From: Promethearchaeota archaeon
GTDB taxonomy: Archaea > Asgardarchaeota > Lokiarchaeia > Sigyniarchaeales > SOKP01
DNA length: 39,422 bases
Assembly (NCBI GenBank): GCA_013375475.1
Contig: JABXKD010000032.1
Span: forward strand, 1-39,422
Reading direction: 5' to 3'
Every line of letters starts with the position of its first letter. The first letter of the stretch is position 1. Positions 20,260 through 29,224 of this stretch are shown here, one piece after another. A program made the position numbers and the translations under genes. A model generated the notes under the pieces. It was not told where the DNA came from. It worked only from the letters and a program-made list of their open reading frames with translations, and did no database searches.

Positions 20260-20300
20260 ATTTAATTTAAGATTCAATTAGTATTATAAGGTGATTTAAG

Positions 20301-20591
20301 TTAGAAAAGTTTCAAAAAGGCTATCCGAAAATTTTGTTATTTTCGTCGTCTCATTGCGGACCGTGCTTACCAATAGAAGAAATGCTAAAGAGAATTAATA
20401 TTTCAATGTTTGGAAAGAAGTTATATATCGAAAAAATAGATGTAGAGAAAAATTACCAATTAACTAATGAATATAAGGTTACTTCACTACCAACAATTAT
20501 TGTAGCAGATAGAAGATTGTGCGTCAATATTCAGGAGGAAGATATTATTGACGCCATATTGTATGGATTTATTTCCTCCGTAAAAATATAA
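20301..20591 (+). CDS. Thioredoxin/glutaredoxin-like protein (start uncertain: TTA 20301 or TTG 20334)
   Basis: LFSSSHCGPC active site, IDVE, cis-Pro SLPTII; AGGTGA SD at 20289-20294. Confidence 0.82.
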   Translation, partial: LEKFQKGYPKILLFSSSHCGPCLPIEEMLKRINISMFGKKLYIEKIDVEKNYQLTNEYKVTSLPTIIVADRRLCVNIQEEDIIDAILYGFISSVKI

Positions 20592-20627
20592 AAATAAAAA
20601 TTGTAGTAAGAGAAGAGAGTGTAAAAA

Positions 20628-21107
20628 ATGGATCGACAATTACTGTCAAAAATTTTAACACAAATGAGGAAACATTTGAAATCTGGAAAAGAGATTGGAG
20701 ATATGAAGGTAGGTGCATTATTAGCCCTTGGTCATCAGTTAGAGGCTATATTTTACTATTTAGGTCATGAGTTAGCTACACATTTAAATGTGAAACCAAT
20801 TGAAGATGTTAAAACTATACCTGAGGCTATAAAAGAGAAAATTGCTGAGTTTAACATTGGAGAAGTTGAGATTACAGAAAGTACAGAAGAAATAGTTCAA
20901 TTGAAACTTAGAGGGCATTCTTCAATAAAGGATCTTATCGATAAAGGAATTAAAACAGAGGGTAGTTTTTGTTCCTTTGAAGCAGGTTTGCTAGCAGGTT
21001 TAGTAGAAAAAATGACTAATATACATTGTTTTGCACAAGAAGTAGATTGTAGCTTACAGTCAGGAAAGAACCATTGTGAATTTATGATTGTGTTTCAAAA
21101 AGATTAA
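20628..21107 (+). CDS. V4R (4-vinyl reductase) domain protein
   Basis: FYYLGHELA, FNIGEV, FCSFEAGLLAG...QEVDC...HCEF with the C/E/C/C Zn-ligand pattern. Confidence 0.85.
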   Translation: MDRQLLSKILTQMRKHLKSGKEIGDMKVGALLALGHQLEAIFYYLGHELATHLNVKPIEDVKTIPEAIKEKIAEFNIGEVEITESTEEIVQLKLRGHSSIKDLIDKGIKTEGSFCSFEAGLLAGLVEKMTNIHCFAQEVDCSLQSGKNHCEFMIVFQKD

Positions 21108-21249
21108 CTTAATATCAAGTATCTTTCAAATGTTAATAATTGGTGCTCATTCGTATGAAAATATAGTTTAAATTATAACATTATTAGAAATAGAACTAAA
21201 TAGCGCTAGTTTACATACTTCTCCTAATAAATTAAAAAAATAAAAATAA

Positions 21250-21897
21250 TTAAATAAAAGTTATATCTTGATAGTCGGTATCGCCTAATTCCTTTTTCGC
21301 GACACCCAATTCTCGTACCTGTATATTTAATTTCCTTACTGCTTCTTTAACTATTTCTTTTCGTTTAGCTCCAGTACAAACTATCCTTCCCGTGCTGAAT
21401 ATTAGAAAAACTGTTTTTGGTTCCTGCATTCTATAGATTAACCCAGGAAAAACTTCTGGTTCGTACATAGCATACTCCATAACGATTGCTGCCATGTTTA
21501 AATCTATATTTGTGTGTAAATCACCACTAGCTACGATATTTTGAATAGTGATTTCGGGATTGGATACTTTTATGCCTGCTTTTCTTATATTCTTTAACAC
21601 TTTCTCCACAACCCTATCAGCTTCCGAAGCTTTACGCATACCAGTAACTACCATCTTGCCAGTAGAGAAAATTAAAATTGTTGCTTTGGGTTTTTCAATT
21701 CTCATTACTAATCCAGGAAATCTTTCAGGGTTGTACTCAACATCCGCATGTTTACGAGCAATCTGATTTAAATCGATTTTTTCTGTTATTTCAACGACGA
21801 CAGTCGCAACTACATTTTCAATTTTGTAGTCTAAACCTTCCTCTTCTTTTTCCTCGTCTTCGCCCTCTTCTTCTAAATCTTCCTCTTTTTCTGCCAT
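21250..21897 (-). CDS. tbp: TATA-box binding protein with acidic N-terminal extension
   Basis: Two repeats: IENVVA..YNPERFPGL..LIFSTGK.V.TG and IQNIVAS..YEPEVFPGL..LIFSTGR.VCTG. Confidence 0.97.
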   Translation of the reverse strand: MAEKEEDLEEEGEDEEKEEEGLDYKIENVVATVVVEITEKIDLNQIARKHADVEYNPERFPGLVMRIEKPKATILIFSTGKMVVTGMRKASEADRVVEKVLKNIRKAGIKVSNPEITIQNIVASGDLHTNIDLNMAAIVMEYAMYEPEVFPGLIYRMQEPKTVFLIFSTGRIVCTGAKRKEIVKEAVRKLNIQVRELGVAKKELGDTDYQDITFI

Positions 21898-22074
21898 CCT
21901 ACATCAAACTTAATAAATATGATTTGAATTAATTGAGTAAAATTAAATTCTTTTAAAAACGGTATTTCTTTATAAATGATTTTTTGTTTATAAAGGCATT
22001 TATAAACGAGCTATTTAAATTTCTCTTTTTGCAGAAAATCAAATATAAAATTGATTGGGATAAAATCTGGAAAT

Positions 22075-22605
22075 CTAACTATCTAAATTCTTTGCCAATA
22101 TTTTATTAATGATTTCCATAAAAGCGCTTTCTACATTTGATCCCGTTTTAGCAGAAGTAGGCATAAATTCCATGTTATATCTTTTCGCAAGTTTGACACC
22201 TTCACTCTCTTGGACTTTTATAGCATTTTTTAGATCAGTTTTATTCCCAAGTAAAAGCAATGGCTGATCTCCTCTTGCATCTTTAAAATCTAAGATCCAA
22301 TCCTCAAGTTTGTCGTAAGAACTTCTTTTAGTGCAATCATATATTATTAGTGCTCCATTTGCTCCTTCTAAATACAACTTTCGTAAGGCTTTGAAACTTT
22401 CTTGGCCGCCTAAGTCCCAGATCTGAGCGGATACATCTCCAAATTCCTTAATGTTCAAATCTTTCTTTAATAAGTTCACACCTAAAGTGCTTTTATAATT
22501 CCCTCGAAAATTTTTCTCAATAAAGCGGTAAACCAACGAAGTTTTACCGACATTAGCTTCTCCAAGCACACAAATTTTTACAATATAGCTAGAATTAACA
22601 GTCAT
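22075..22605 (-). CDS. Rab-like small GTPase
   Basis: GEANVGKT, STLGVN, WDLGGQ, GNKTD, PTSAK. Confidence 0.93.
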   Translation of the reverse strand: MTVNSSYIVKICVLGEANVGKTSLVYRFIEKNFRGNYKSTLGVNLLKKDLNIKEFGDVSAQIWDLGGQESFKALRKLYLEGANGALIIYDCTKRSSYDKLEDWILDFKDARGDQPLLLLGNKTDLKNAIKVQESEGVKLAKRYNMEFMPTSAKTGSNVESAFMEIINKILAKNLDS

Positions 22606-22680
22606 AATTATTCACAATATCAATTGACTTTTTTTTTACTTTCATAATAATGTTTATCCTTATTAATAATTTTCATGTCG

Positions 22681-22694
22681 AGACTTCGAAGTCT
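22681..22694. promoter_or_regulatory. Perfect 14-bp palindrome AGACTTCGAAGTCT
   Basis: Self-complementary, intergenic, about 75 nt upstream of the GTPase start. Confidence 0.35.
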
Positions 22695-22736
22695 TTTATT
22701 ATCGTCAAAAGATGTTCTTAAAACAAACATTGCGTT

Positions 22737-23123
22737 TTATGAAAAGTTAGCGTGAATGTCTATTTTTTTTGACAGGGAATTAACGGTGTTAACATATTCA
22801 GAATACAGTTTTGGAATTAAGTTATTTGTCCTAGCTTTACTATATGCAAAGAGAAATAGTTGACTTAAGGAAACATCGTTGTTGAGATCATATATATCCT
22901 TTCTTAAATTGAATTTTTCGCTGTTTTGATCTATAAAATTACAAAGTATATATCTATTTTCATTAGATAATTCTAATTCATTCATTAAGCCATAGATCCT
23001 TAAAATTAACGGCCCTCGATACTTAATATGTTTATTATTAATAGTTTGAAATAATTGAAGGAATTTATTTCTCTTAAGTGACGATGACATGAATATTAAT
23101 ATTAGAGTATTATTTATCATCAT
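22737..23123 (-). CDS. Hypothetical protein (start may be ATG 23090)
   Basis: Open frame filling the gap; no motif recognised. Confidence 0.6.
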   Translation of the reverse strand: MMINNTLILIFMSSSLKRNKFLQLFQTINNKHIKYRGPLILRIYGLMNELELSNENRYILCNFIDQNSEKFNLRKDIYDLNNDVSLSQLFLFAYSKARTNNLIPKLYSEYVNTVNSLSKKIDIHANFS

Positions 23124-23176
23124 AAATAATATCTAGGTAATACATAAAACATATAAAACACCTATTAAAACTAGTT

Positions 23177-23449
23177 TTAAAAAGAGTATTCAAATCCTTT
23201 GAATTTATGTTGAACTTCCTTGTATTCATATTCAATAGTTTCGACTTTAGCGGAATCCGGCCCTTTTTTAACAAATTTTAATAATTCTATTAATTTATTT
23301 TCTAGTCCTTCAGCTTCAATATACACGCTACCGTCATACAAATTCTTAACATATCCGGTCAGACCAAGTTTCCGAGCTATTTTTCTGGTTGTATAGCGGA
23401 AAAATACTCCTTGAACAAGTCCATATACATGTATGATAATTCTTTTCAT
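23177..23449 (-). CDS. acyP: Acylphosphatase
   Basis: VYGLVQGVFFR, GLTGYVKNLYDGSV, KGPDSAKV. Confidence 0.93.
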   Translation of the reverse strand: MKRIIIHVYGLVQGVFFRYTTRKIARKLGLTGYVKNLYDGSVYIEAEGLENKLIELLKFVKKGPDSAKVETIEYEYKEVQHKFKGFEYSF

Positions 23450-23468
23450 ATATCAAAGGTTTCAAGAA

Positions 23469-24629
23469 CTATTTTTTTGTTAAATTTTTCATTATTTCAA
23501 TATTTTCATCAAGCAACTCTTTTGAGACATTGGGATGGATATCTAAGGCGAATATTTCCTGAGTAACCCTTTCTACTATAGGTAAATTAATTTTTCTATA
23601 ATCAATTTCTTTACCATAAAATGGGCAAGACCAGGGACATCCTTTCGAATAAGCTATTTTTTCTTGAAATAACTTGGTTTTATAAAGGGGTTTTGGATAG
23701 AGTACTTTGCTCCTTGGAAACGCCTTCAGAAATTGAGGTTTAGTCAAGCCTAAAATCTCTGGATCGATGCGTCCAATCCAATAGTTAAATGCGGGTTCGC
23801 AGTACTCAGGTACAAAAGGTGGCTGTATTCCTGGAATCTCAGAAATTCCTTTAGATAAATATTGAGCATTCTTATTTCTGCTCTCAATAAAACCATTTAT
23901 CCTTTTGAGCTGTACTCTTCCAATTGCACCCTGAATTTCGGTCATTCTATAATTGTAACCTAATCTATTATATACGTACCATTCAGGTTCGCCATGATGT
24001 CTTAGTAATCGACATTGCTCAGCTAATATATCATCATCTGTAGTGATCATGCCTCCTTCTCCCGTTGTCATATTTTTGGAAGGATAAAAACTAAAGCAAC
24101 CGATGTTACCAATAGCCCCGACTTTTTTATTATAACATTTTGTTCCAATGGATTGAGCAGCATCTTCTATGAGATAAATGTCGTTATCTTTAGCGATATC
24201 AACAAGAGTACGCGTATCTGCACCAATTCCCGCTAAATGGACCGGAATTATTGCTTTAGTTTTCTCAGTTATTTTTTCTTTAACGGAGTCGGGATCCAAA
24301 GTATAAGATTTATCGTCAATATCAGCAAATATAGGTATGGCATTATTGTGGAGTATGGAACTTGCAGTAGCTATAAATGTAAATGGTGGGACTATTACTT
24401 CGTCTCCAGGACCAATATCTAAAGCGGCGATTGCGATATGGAGCGCTGCTGTTCCACTGTTCACAGCAATAGCGTGTTTAACGCCTATATAATGTGCGAA
24501 TTCTTCTTCAAACTTCTTTACGAACTCACCGTGTAACAGGGTTAACATCTGTGATTTCATCACTTTTAGAACTTCGTTTTGTTCCTTCTCTGAAAGGTTC
24601 ATAATTAGATCATTTTTTTTAAAAAGCAA
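23469..24629 (-). CDS. DegT/DnrJ/EryC1/StrS PLP aminotransferase
   Basis: NSGTAALH, PFTFIAT, EDAAQS, SFYPSKNMTTGEGG, GYNYRMTE. Confidence 0.92.
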   Translation of the reverse strand: MLFKKNDLIMNLSEKEQNEVLKVMKSQMLTLLHGEFVKKFEEEFAHYIGVKHAIAVNSGTAALHIAIAALDIGPGDEVIVPPFTFIATASSILHNNAIPIFADIDDKSYTLDPDSVKEKITEKTKAIIPVHLAGIGADTRTLVDIAKDNDIYLIEDAAQSIGTKCYNKKVGAIGNIGCFSFYPSKNMTTGEGGMITTDDDILAEQCRLLRHHGEPEWYVYNRLGYNYRMTEIQGAIGRVQLKRINGFIESRNKNAQYLSKGISEIPGIQPPFVPEYCEPAFNYWIGRIDPEILGLTKPQFLKAFPRSKVLYPKPLYKTKLFQEKIAYSKGCPWSCPFYGKEIDYRKINLPIVERVTQEIFALDIHPNVSKELLDENIEIMKNLTKK

Positions 24630-24704
24630 ATTTTAAGATTATAATAATTAGAGTAAATACCATTTTAATAATCTAATTCTTTAAAAAAGAGTTTTTCAAC
24701 ATAA

Positions 24705-25340
24705 TCAGATATTAAGAAAATAAGAGTCTGTTTCATCATTATAGCCGATTACCTTATTTTTAGATAAATTCTTCAGAACATCATCTAACCAACTTTTACT
24801 GGTATCAATTGAATTTTTTAACTCTTTATATTCCATCTCATTATTGATCGCTAGTAAAAATTGAATTTTACTTTTAACTTTTAGATGATTTGAGTCTGCT
24901 ATTTTCTCAAATCTTTTTTTTAAATCATATTCCATAGTTTTTAGTTGAGCTACCTCATTACTCAATTTACCTATAACCTCATCTCTAGTCCTGAAAACAT
25001 TTAATGAGAGATTGTAAATTCGTTCTAAGTGCTCTTTCAATTTATTTTCTTTTAACTCTAACTCAAGTTCTCTTTTAAATTCATCTAGAATAACAGTATA
25101 ATCCGATCCATCATCGTATTTATCTAAAACCATTACTATTATGATTTCCTTATTTTCGTTGTAGTAAGAAATTGAGTTCCAATCTTTTTCTTCTATCGTA
25201 ATGTATGATTCTACAAAATTATGTGAGATTTGTATTTGTTGCACTACATTATCCGGAATCTCTAAATTTTCCGGAAACTTCATGTATATGTTTCCACCAA
25301 GAACCTCATCCCACTTTATCAAACAAATACCTAGAGGAAA
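24705..25340 (-). CDS. Hypothetical protein: longin/uDENN-like N-domain, coiled coil, C-terminal winged helix (start TTG 25322 or upstream TTT 25340)
   Basis: PLGICLIKWDEVLG...KFP N-terminus; LSNEVAQLKTMEYDLKKRF heptads; SKSWLDDVLKNLSKNKVIGY wHTH-like end. Confidence 0.6.
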   Translation of the reverse strand, partial: FPLGICLIKWDEVLGGNIYMKFPENLEIPDNVVQQIQISHNFVESYITIEEKDWNSISYYNENKEIIIVMVLDKYDDGSDYTVILDEFKRELELELKENKLKEHLERIYNLSLNVFRTRDEVIGKLSNEVAQLKTMEYDLKKRFEKIADSNHLKVKSKIQFLLAINNEMEYKELKNSIDTSKSWLDDVLKNLSKNKVIGYNDETDSYFLNI

Positions 25341-25542
25341 AGTAACTCACCAGAAAAACCTAATGCTTCCTTTAAAAATTATAAAAGTTTTTATTAATAA
25401 ATTTAATTTTTAATTGCTAAATATAGAAAAATAATACCTATTTAAAGGAATTACCTATCCTCACTTATCAACAATAATAGTTTAGAGATTTGCCAATAAA
25501 AATAAATAGTAGAAAAAGTATCTTAATAATAGTGATTCTGGT

Positions 25543-25827
25543 ATGTCCCTTTATTACGTCTATATTTTAGAAACAATCGCGAAAAATAATAGAAAATATT
25601 TCTATACGGGATACACAAATAACTTGAATAGGAGACTAGAAGAACATAAAAAAGGGGCGGGAGCTAAATTTTGTCGAGGGAAGAAGAGTATCACGCTTAA
25701 GTATTTTGAAACCTTTTTCGAAAGAAGTGGTGCTATGAAAAGAGAGTTAGAAATTAAAACATTTACGAGGAAACAAAAAATTCAGCTTATAAGAACTTTT
25801 AAAGAAGATGATCTTGTTGAACAATAA
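25543..25827 (+). CDS. GIY-YIG nuclease family protein (UPF0213-like)
   Basis: YYVYIL..FYTGYTNNLNRRLEEH..GAKF..AMKRELEIK. Confidence 0.9.
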   Translation: MSLYYVYILETIAKNNRKYFYTGYTNNLNRRLEEHKKGAGAKFCRGKKSITLKYFETFFERSGAMKRELEIKTFTRKQKIQLIRTFKEDDLVEQ

Positions 25828-26602
25828 CTCTAACTTTCTAATTATTCTTGTAGGTTTACCTGCATCGGGAAAATCTACCTTTGCATTAAAACTAAAAGAA
25901 AAATTGGAGTCGATTTTTCAAAATAAAGTGAAGATAATCGATCCAGATGTAATAAGAGACGAAGATTTCCCGAATTATTTTGATTTTAAAAATGAACCCC
26001 AAATACGGGAAAAAAATATAGATTCCGTAAGAAAGCACCTTAATAAGGGACATATTGTTATTAGTGATGATTTAAATTACTATTCAAGTATGCGACACGA
26101 TTTAAAATTAATTGCTGATAGCTTAAACCTTCAATTTTATATTATACATATCTCAACGCCGCTTAAATTTTGTTTAAAAAGGAATGAAGAACGAGGAAAT
26201 CCGATACCTAACAAAGTTATTTGTAAGGTTTACAACAAATTCGATAATTTTAATAAATATAAATGGGATACTCCGTTCGAAACTTATGACTATACTAAAT
26301 CTGGAGATCTTATTCAATTTATTGAAATTTTGAGCAATAAAATAGCTTTAAATCTTAAAGAGGGAAAAAAAATTAAAAATGTGCGCCAAAATATACCTTC
26401 TACTTCAATTCGGGAGGAGTTGGATTTAATAACTCGAAAATATGTTGGTGAACTATTTAAAAATCCAAAACATCATAATTCTAAAAAAGCAATTTTAGAA
26501 TATAGAAGATTATTTATAAAAAGTAGATCAAATGCAAAACTTGATGCAAAGAATATCCTAGAAGATTTTAAACAATATTTAGGTAAAAAGCTAAAGATCT
26601 AG
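25808..26602 (+). CDS. pstK: O-phosphoseryl-tRNA(Sec) kinase
   Basis: LVGLPASGKST, DVIR, DDLNYYSSMRHDL, RNEERG.PIPN.VI, KFD..KYKWDTP and C-terminal LDLITRKYV..R..F match archaeal PSTK (MJ1538 type). Confidence 0.85.
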   Translation: MILLNNNSNFLIILVGLPASGKSTFALKLKEKLESIFQNKVKIIDPDVIRDEDFPNYFDFKNEPQIREKNIDSVRKHLNKGHIVISDDLNYYSSMRHDLKLIADSLNLQFYIIHISTPLKFCLKRNEERGNPIPNKVICKVYNKFDNFNKYKWDTPFETYDYTKSGDLIQFIEILSNKIALNLKEGKKIKNVRQNIPSTSIREELDLITRKYVGELFKNPKHHNSKKAILEYRRLFIKSRSNAKLDAKNILEDFKQYLGKKLKI

Positions 26603-26782
26603 AATTTTTATTTTATCAATAAAATAAATCCTTAAGGGTATTAATCAAATTTGGTTTTTAAACAATACCAATTGGGCTACAATTCTTTAAATACTTGAAA
26701 AAAGCTAATCTGACACATTATAATAAATAATGCAAAAGAAAATAAAGAATCATTATTTCTCTTAGAGTAGAGAAAAAAAAAT

Positions 26783-29071
26783 TTGAAAATAATGAGTATA
26801 GAAATGGAAACAAAAGAAGCGAAATTAAGAATAGAAAGATTAGATTCAAGCCGTAGTGGAAGAAGCTTATGTTATATAGATCAGACTGTATTAGATAATA
26901 TGAGATTATCTACGGGAGATATAGTAGAAATAATTGGCAGAAAGAGAACTGCAGGTATTGTTGTAGCGAGTCCTGCCGACAGGGGAAAAAAGGTTATTAG
27001 AATAGATGGAATTCAACGAAAAAATTTAGGCTCAACTATTGGAGAATTTGTAACTATTCAACCCACAATTGCTTCACCAGCTAGAGAGATAGAACTTGCC
27101 CCAACTAAGGCGATTTACGATATTAAAAAACAAGCTGACATAATAAAAGGGAAATTGATTGATAAACCTATTATGACCGGAGATATTATTGATGTCCCCG
27201 GAGCTTTTCTTAAGGATGACGAAACCAATAATCCTATGAATGGATTTATGAGAATGTTGGGGGGTGGAGGGGGTACAAGAAGACCAACCCTAGGACCATT
27301 AAAATTAATTGTGCTAAATACGAAACCAAATAATGAAGTAGTGAGATTTACAAGGGACACGAGGATAAAATTAAACAAAAAAGTTGCTTTACTAAATGTT
27401 TCTGGTGAGATTATTACTTACGACGATGTTGGAGGATTATCTGACGAAATTCAAAGGATTAGAGAAGTAGTGGAATTACCGATCAGGCATCCAGAATTGT
27501 TTCGCAGATTAAATATTGAACCCCCAAAAGGAGTCCTATTTTATGGTCCACCAGGTACGGGGAAAACTTTAATAGCTAAAGCAGTTTCTCAAGAAGCGAA
27601 TGCTAATTTCTTCATAATAAATGGACCTGAAATTATGAGTAAATTTTATGGAGATAGCGAGAGGAATTTGAAAGGAATTTTTGATCGAGCAGAAAGAAAT
27701 TCACCTGCAATAATATTTATTGATGAACTCGACTCGATCGCTCCTAAAAGAAGTGAAGTTACAGGAGAAGTTGAAAGAAGAGTTGTATCCCAATTGCTTA
27801 CTTTACTTGATGGAATGAAAGGTAGAGAAGGTGTAATAGTTATCGGTGCTACAAATCGAATTGATGCTATCGACCCCGCCTTACGAAGGCCAGGAAGGTT
27901 TGATACTGAAATAAAGTTTAGAGTACCAAATAAAAAAGCTAGAAATGAAATTTTTAAAATTCACACGCGGGGAATGCCAATGGAAGTCGATGTCGACGTT
28001 GATTTCTATTCTGAAAATAGTCATGGATTCGTTGGTGCAGATATCATGGCATTCGTCAGAGAAGCGGCTATGGACGCTATAAGAGATATATTACCCGAAA
28101 TTAACATCGACGAACCAACCCCAATTGAAATCATACAGAAATTAGTCGTAAAAGATAAAAATTTTCTGAAAGCTCTTAGAGAAATAAAACCATCAGCCTT
28201 AAGAGAATACTTAAGGGTGATTCCGGAAGTTTCTTGGGATGATATTGGAGGTTTAGATGAAATAAAACGAGAATTAGTTGAAACTGTTGAATGGCCATTA
28301 CAGCATCCAACATTATTTAAAAAAGCGGGAATTAGACCTGTAGGTGGTATATTACTTTTTGGCCCTCCTGGTTGCGGGAAAACACTTCTAGCGGAAGCGG
28401 TAGCAACTGAAACAAACTGCAACTTTATAACTGTTAAGGGTCCTGAGTTAATGTCGAAATGGGTTGGTGAATCTGAAAAAAACATGAGAGGAATATTTGC
28501 TAAAGCTCGAGAGTTATCACCTTCAATTATATACTTTGATGAAATTGAAGCAATTACATCCAACAGAGGAGAATGGAAAGGATCGGCAGTATATGATACA
28601 GTAATGACCCAACTTCTAACTGAGATGGATGGAATCGAGAGTAATGAAGGTATTATAGTTTTAGCAAGCACAAATCGTCCCGATTTAGTTGATCCCGCAC
28701 TATTACGTCCAGGAAGAATCGATAAAATTCTTTATGTTGTTGCTCCAGATTACGAAGGTAGAATCAAAATTTTGGAAGTTCATACGAAAGATATGCCATT
28801 GAAAGAAGGCTTATCTTTGAAAAACTTAGCTTTGATGACAGAGGGTTATAGTGGAGCAGATTTAGAAAATTTATGTAGAGAAGCAGGTTTGCAGGCAATC
28901 AGAGAAAAATTAGATGATTTTAATATTGTAGAATTTAAGCATTTTGAGTATGCGCTTTCGAAAGTTGGCTCAACATTACATAAAGAAACTATTGATAAGT
29001 ACGAAAATTTAGCAAAACAACTTGCTCAAGACCAAAAAATCAAAGAAAACGATTCAAACCTGTATAAATAG
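26783..29071 (+). CDS. cdc48: CDC48/VCP (p97/VAT) AAA+ ATPase
   Basis: N-domain (IRIDG.QR.N); D1 GPPGTGKT / FIDELD / ALRRPGRFD; D2 GPPGCGKT / FDEIE / LLRPGRID; C-terminal LYK. Confidence 0.96.
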   Translation: MKIMSIEMETKEAKLRIERLDSSRSGRSLCYIDQTVLDNMRLSTGDIVEIIGRKRTAGIVVASPADRGKKVIRIDGIQRKNLGSTIGEFVTIQPTIASPAREIELAPTKAIYDIKKQADIIKGKLIDKPIMTGDIIDVPGAFLKDDETNNPMNGFMRMLGGGGGTRRPTLGPLKLIVLNTKPNNEVVRFTRDTRIKLNKKVALLNVSGEIITYDDVGGLSDEIQRIREVVELPIRHPELFRRLNIEPPKGVLFYGPPGTGKTLIAKAVSQEANANFFIINGPEIMSKFYGDSERNLKGIFDRAERNSPAIIFIDELDSIAPKRSEVTGEVERRVVSQLLTLLDGMKGREGVIVIGATNRIDAIDPALRRPGRFDTEIKFRVPNKKARNEIFKIHTRGMPMEVDVDVDFYSENSHGFVGADIMAFVREAAMDAIRDILPEINIDEPTPIEIIQKLVVKDKNFLKALREIKPSALREYLRVIPEVSWDDIGGLDEIKRELVETVEWPLQHPTLFKKAGIRPVGGILLFGPPGCGKTLLAEAVATETNCNFITVKGPELMSKWVGESEKNMRGIFAKARELSPSIIYFDEIEAITSNRGEWKGSAVYDTVMTQLLTEMDGIESNEGIIVLASTNRPDLVDPALLRPGRIDKILYVVAPDYEGRIKILEVHTKDMPLKEGLSLKNLALMTEGYSGADLENLCREAGLQAIREKLDDFNIVEFKHFEYALSKVGSTLHKETIDKYENLAKQLAQDQKIKENDSNLYK

Positions 29072-29100
29072 TCGTTCAATAAGAAATATTAGTAGATTTA

Positions 29101-29130
29101 ATATTTTTTAGTTATTATTTATTTTTTTTT
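29101..29130 (+). terminator. Oligo-T tract, possible archaeal terminator after cdc48
   Basis: T-runs ending in a T9 stretch 30-60 nt after the stop; weak evidence in an AT-rich genome. Confidence 0.3.
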
Positions 29131-29224
29131 GAAATGCTAATTTTTGTAAAGAGTAATAAACAGTTCTTTTTTATCTCAAAAATTCTTAAATCTATTATCT
29201 TACCCAACTATTAACAATAGAATT

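Noticed and set aside
20292-20294. In-frame TGA upstream of the thioredoxin (also 2220 and 25349) as Sec codons
   Set aside because: Each is part of the SD core, not at a catalytic Cys position; the CGPC site is intact
25543-25827. GIY-YIG gene as a homing endonuclease or mobile element
   Set aside because: Standalone 94-aa UPF0213-type protein with no DNA-binding extension, intron or flanking repeats
28021-28671. 216-aa antisense ORF inside cdc48, and the other short overlapping ORFs in the track (e.g. 1184-1483, 3065-3532, 37699-38019)
   Set aside because: Shadow frames of well-supported genes with no recognisable motifs
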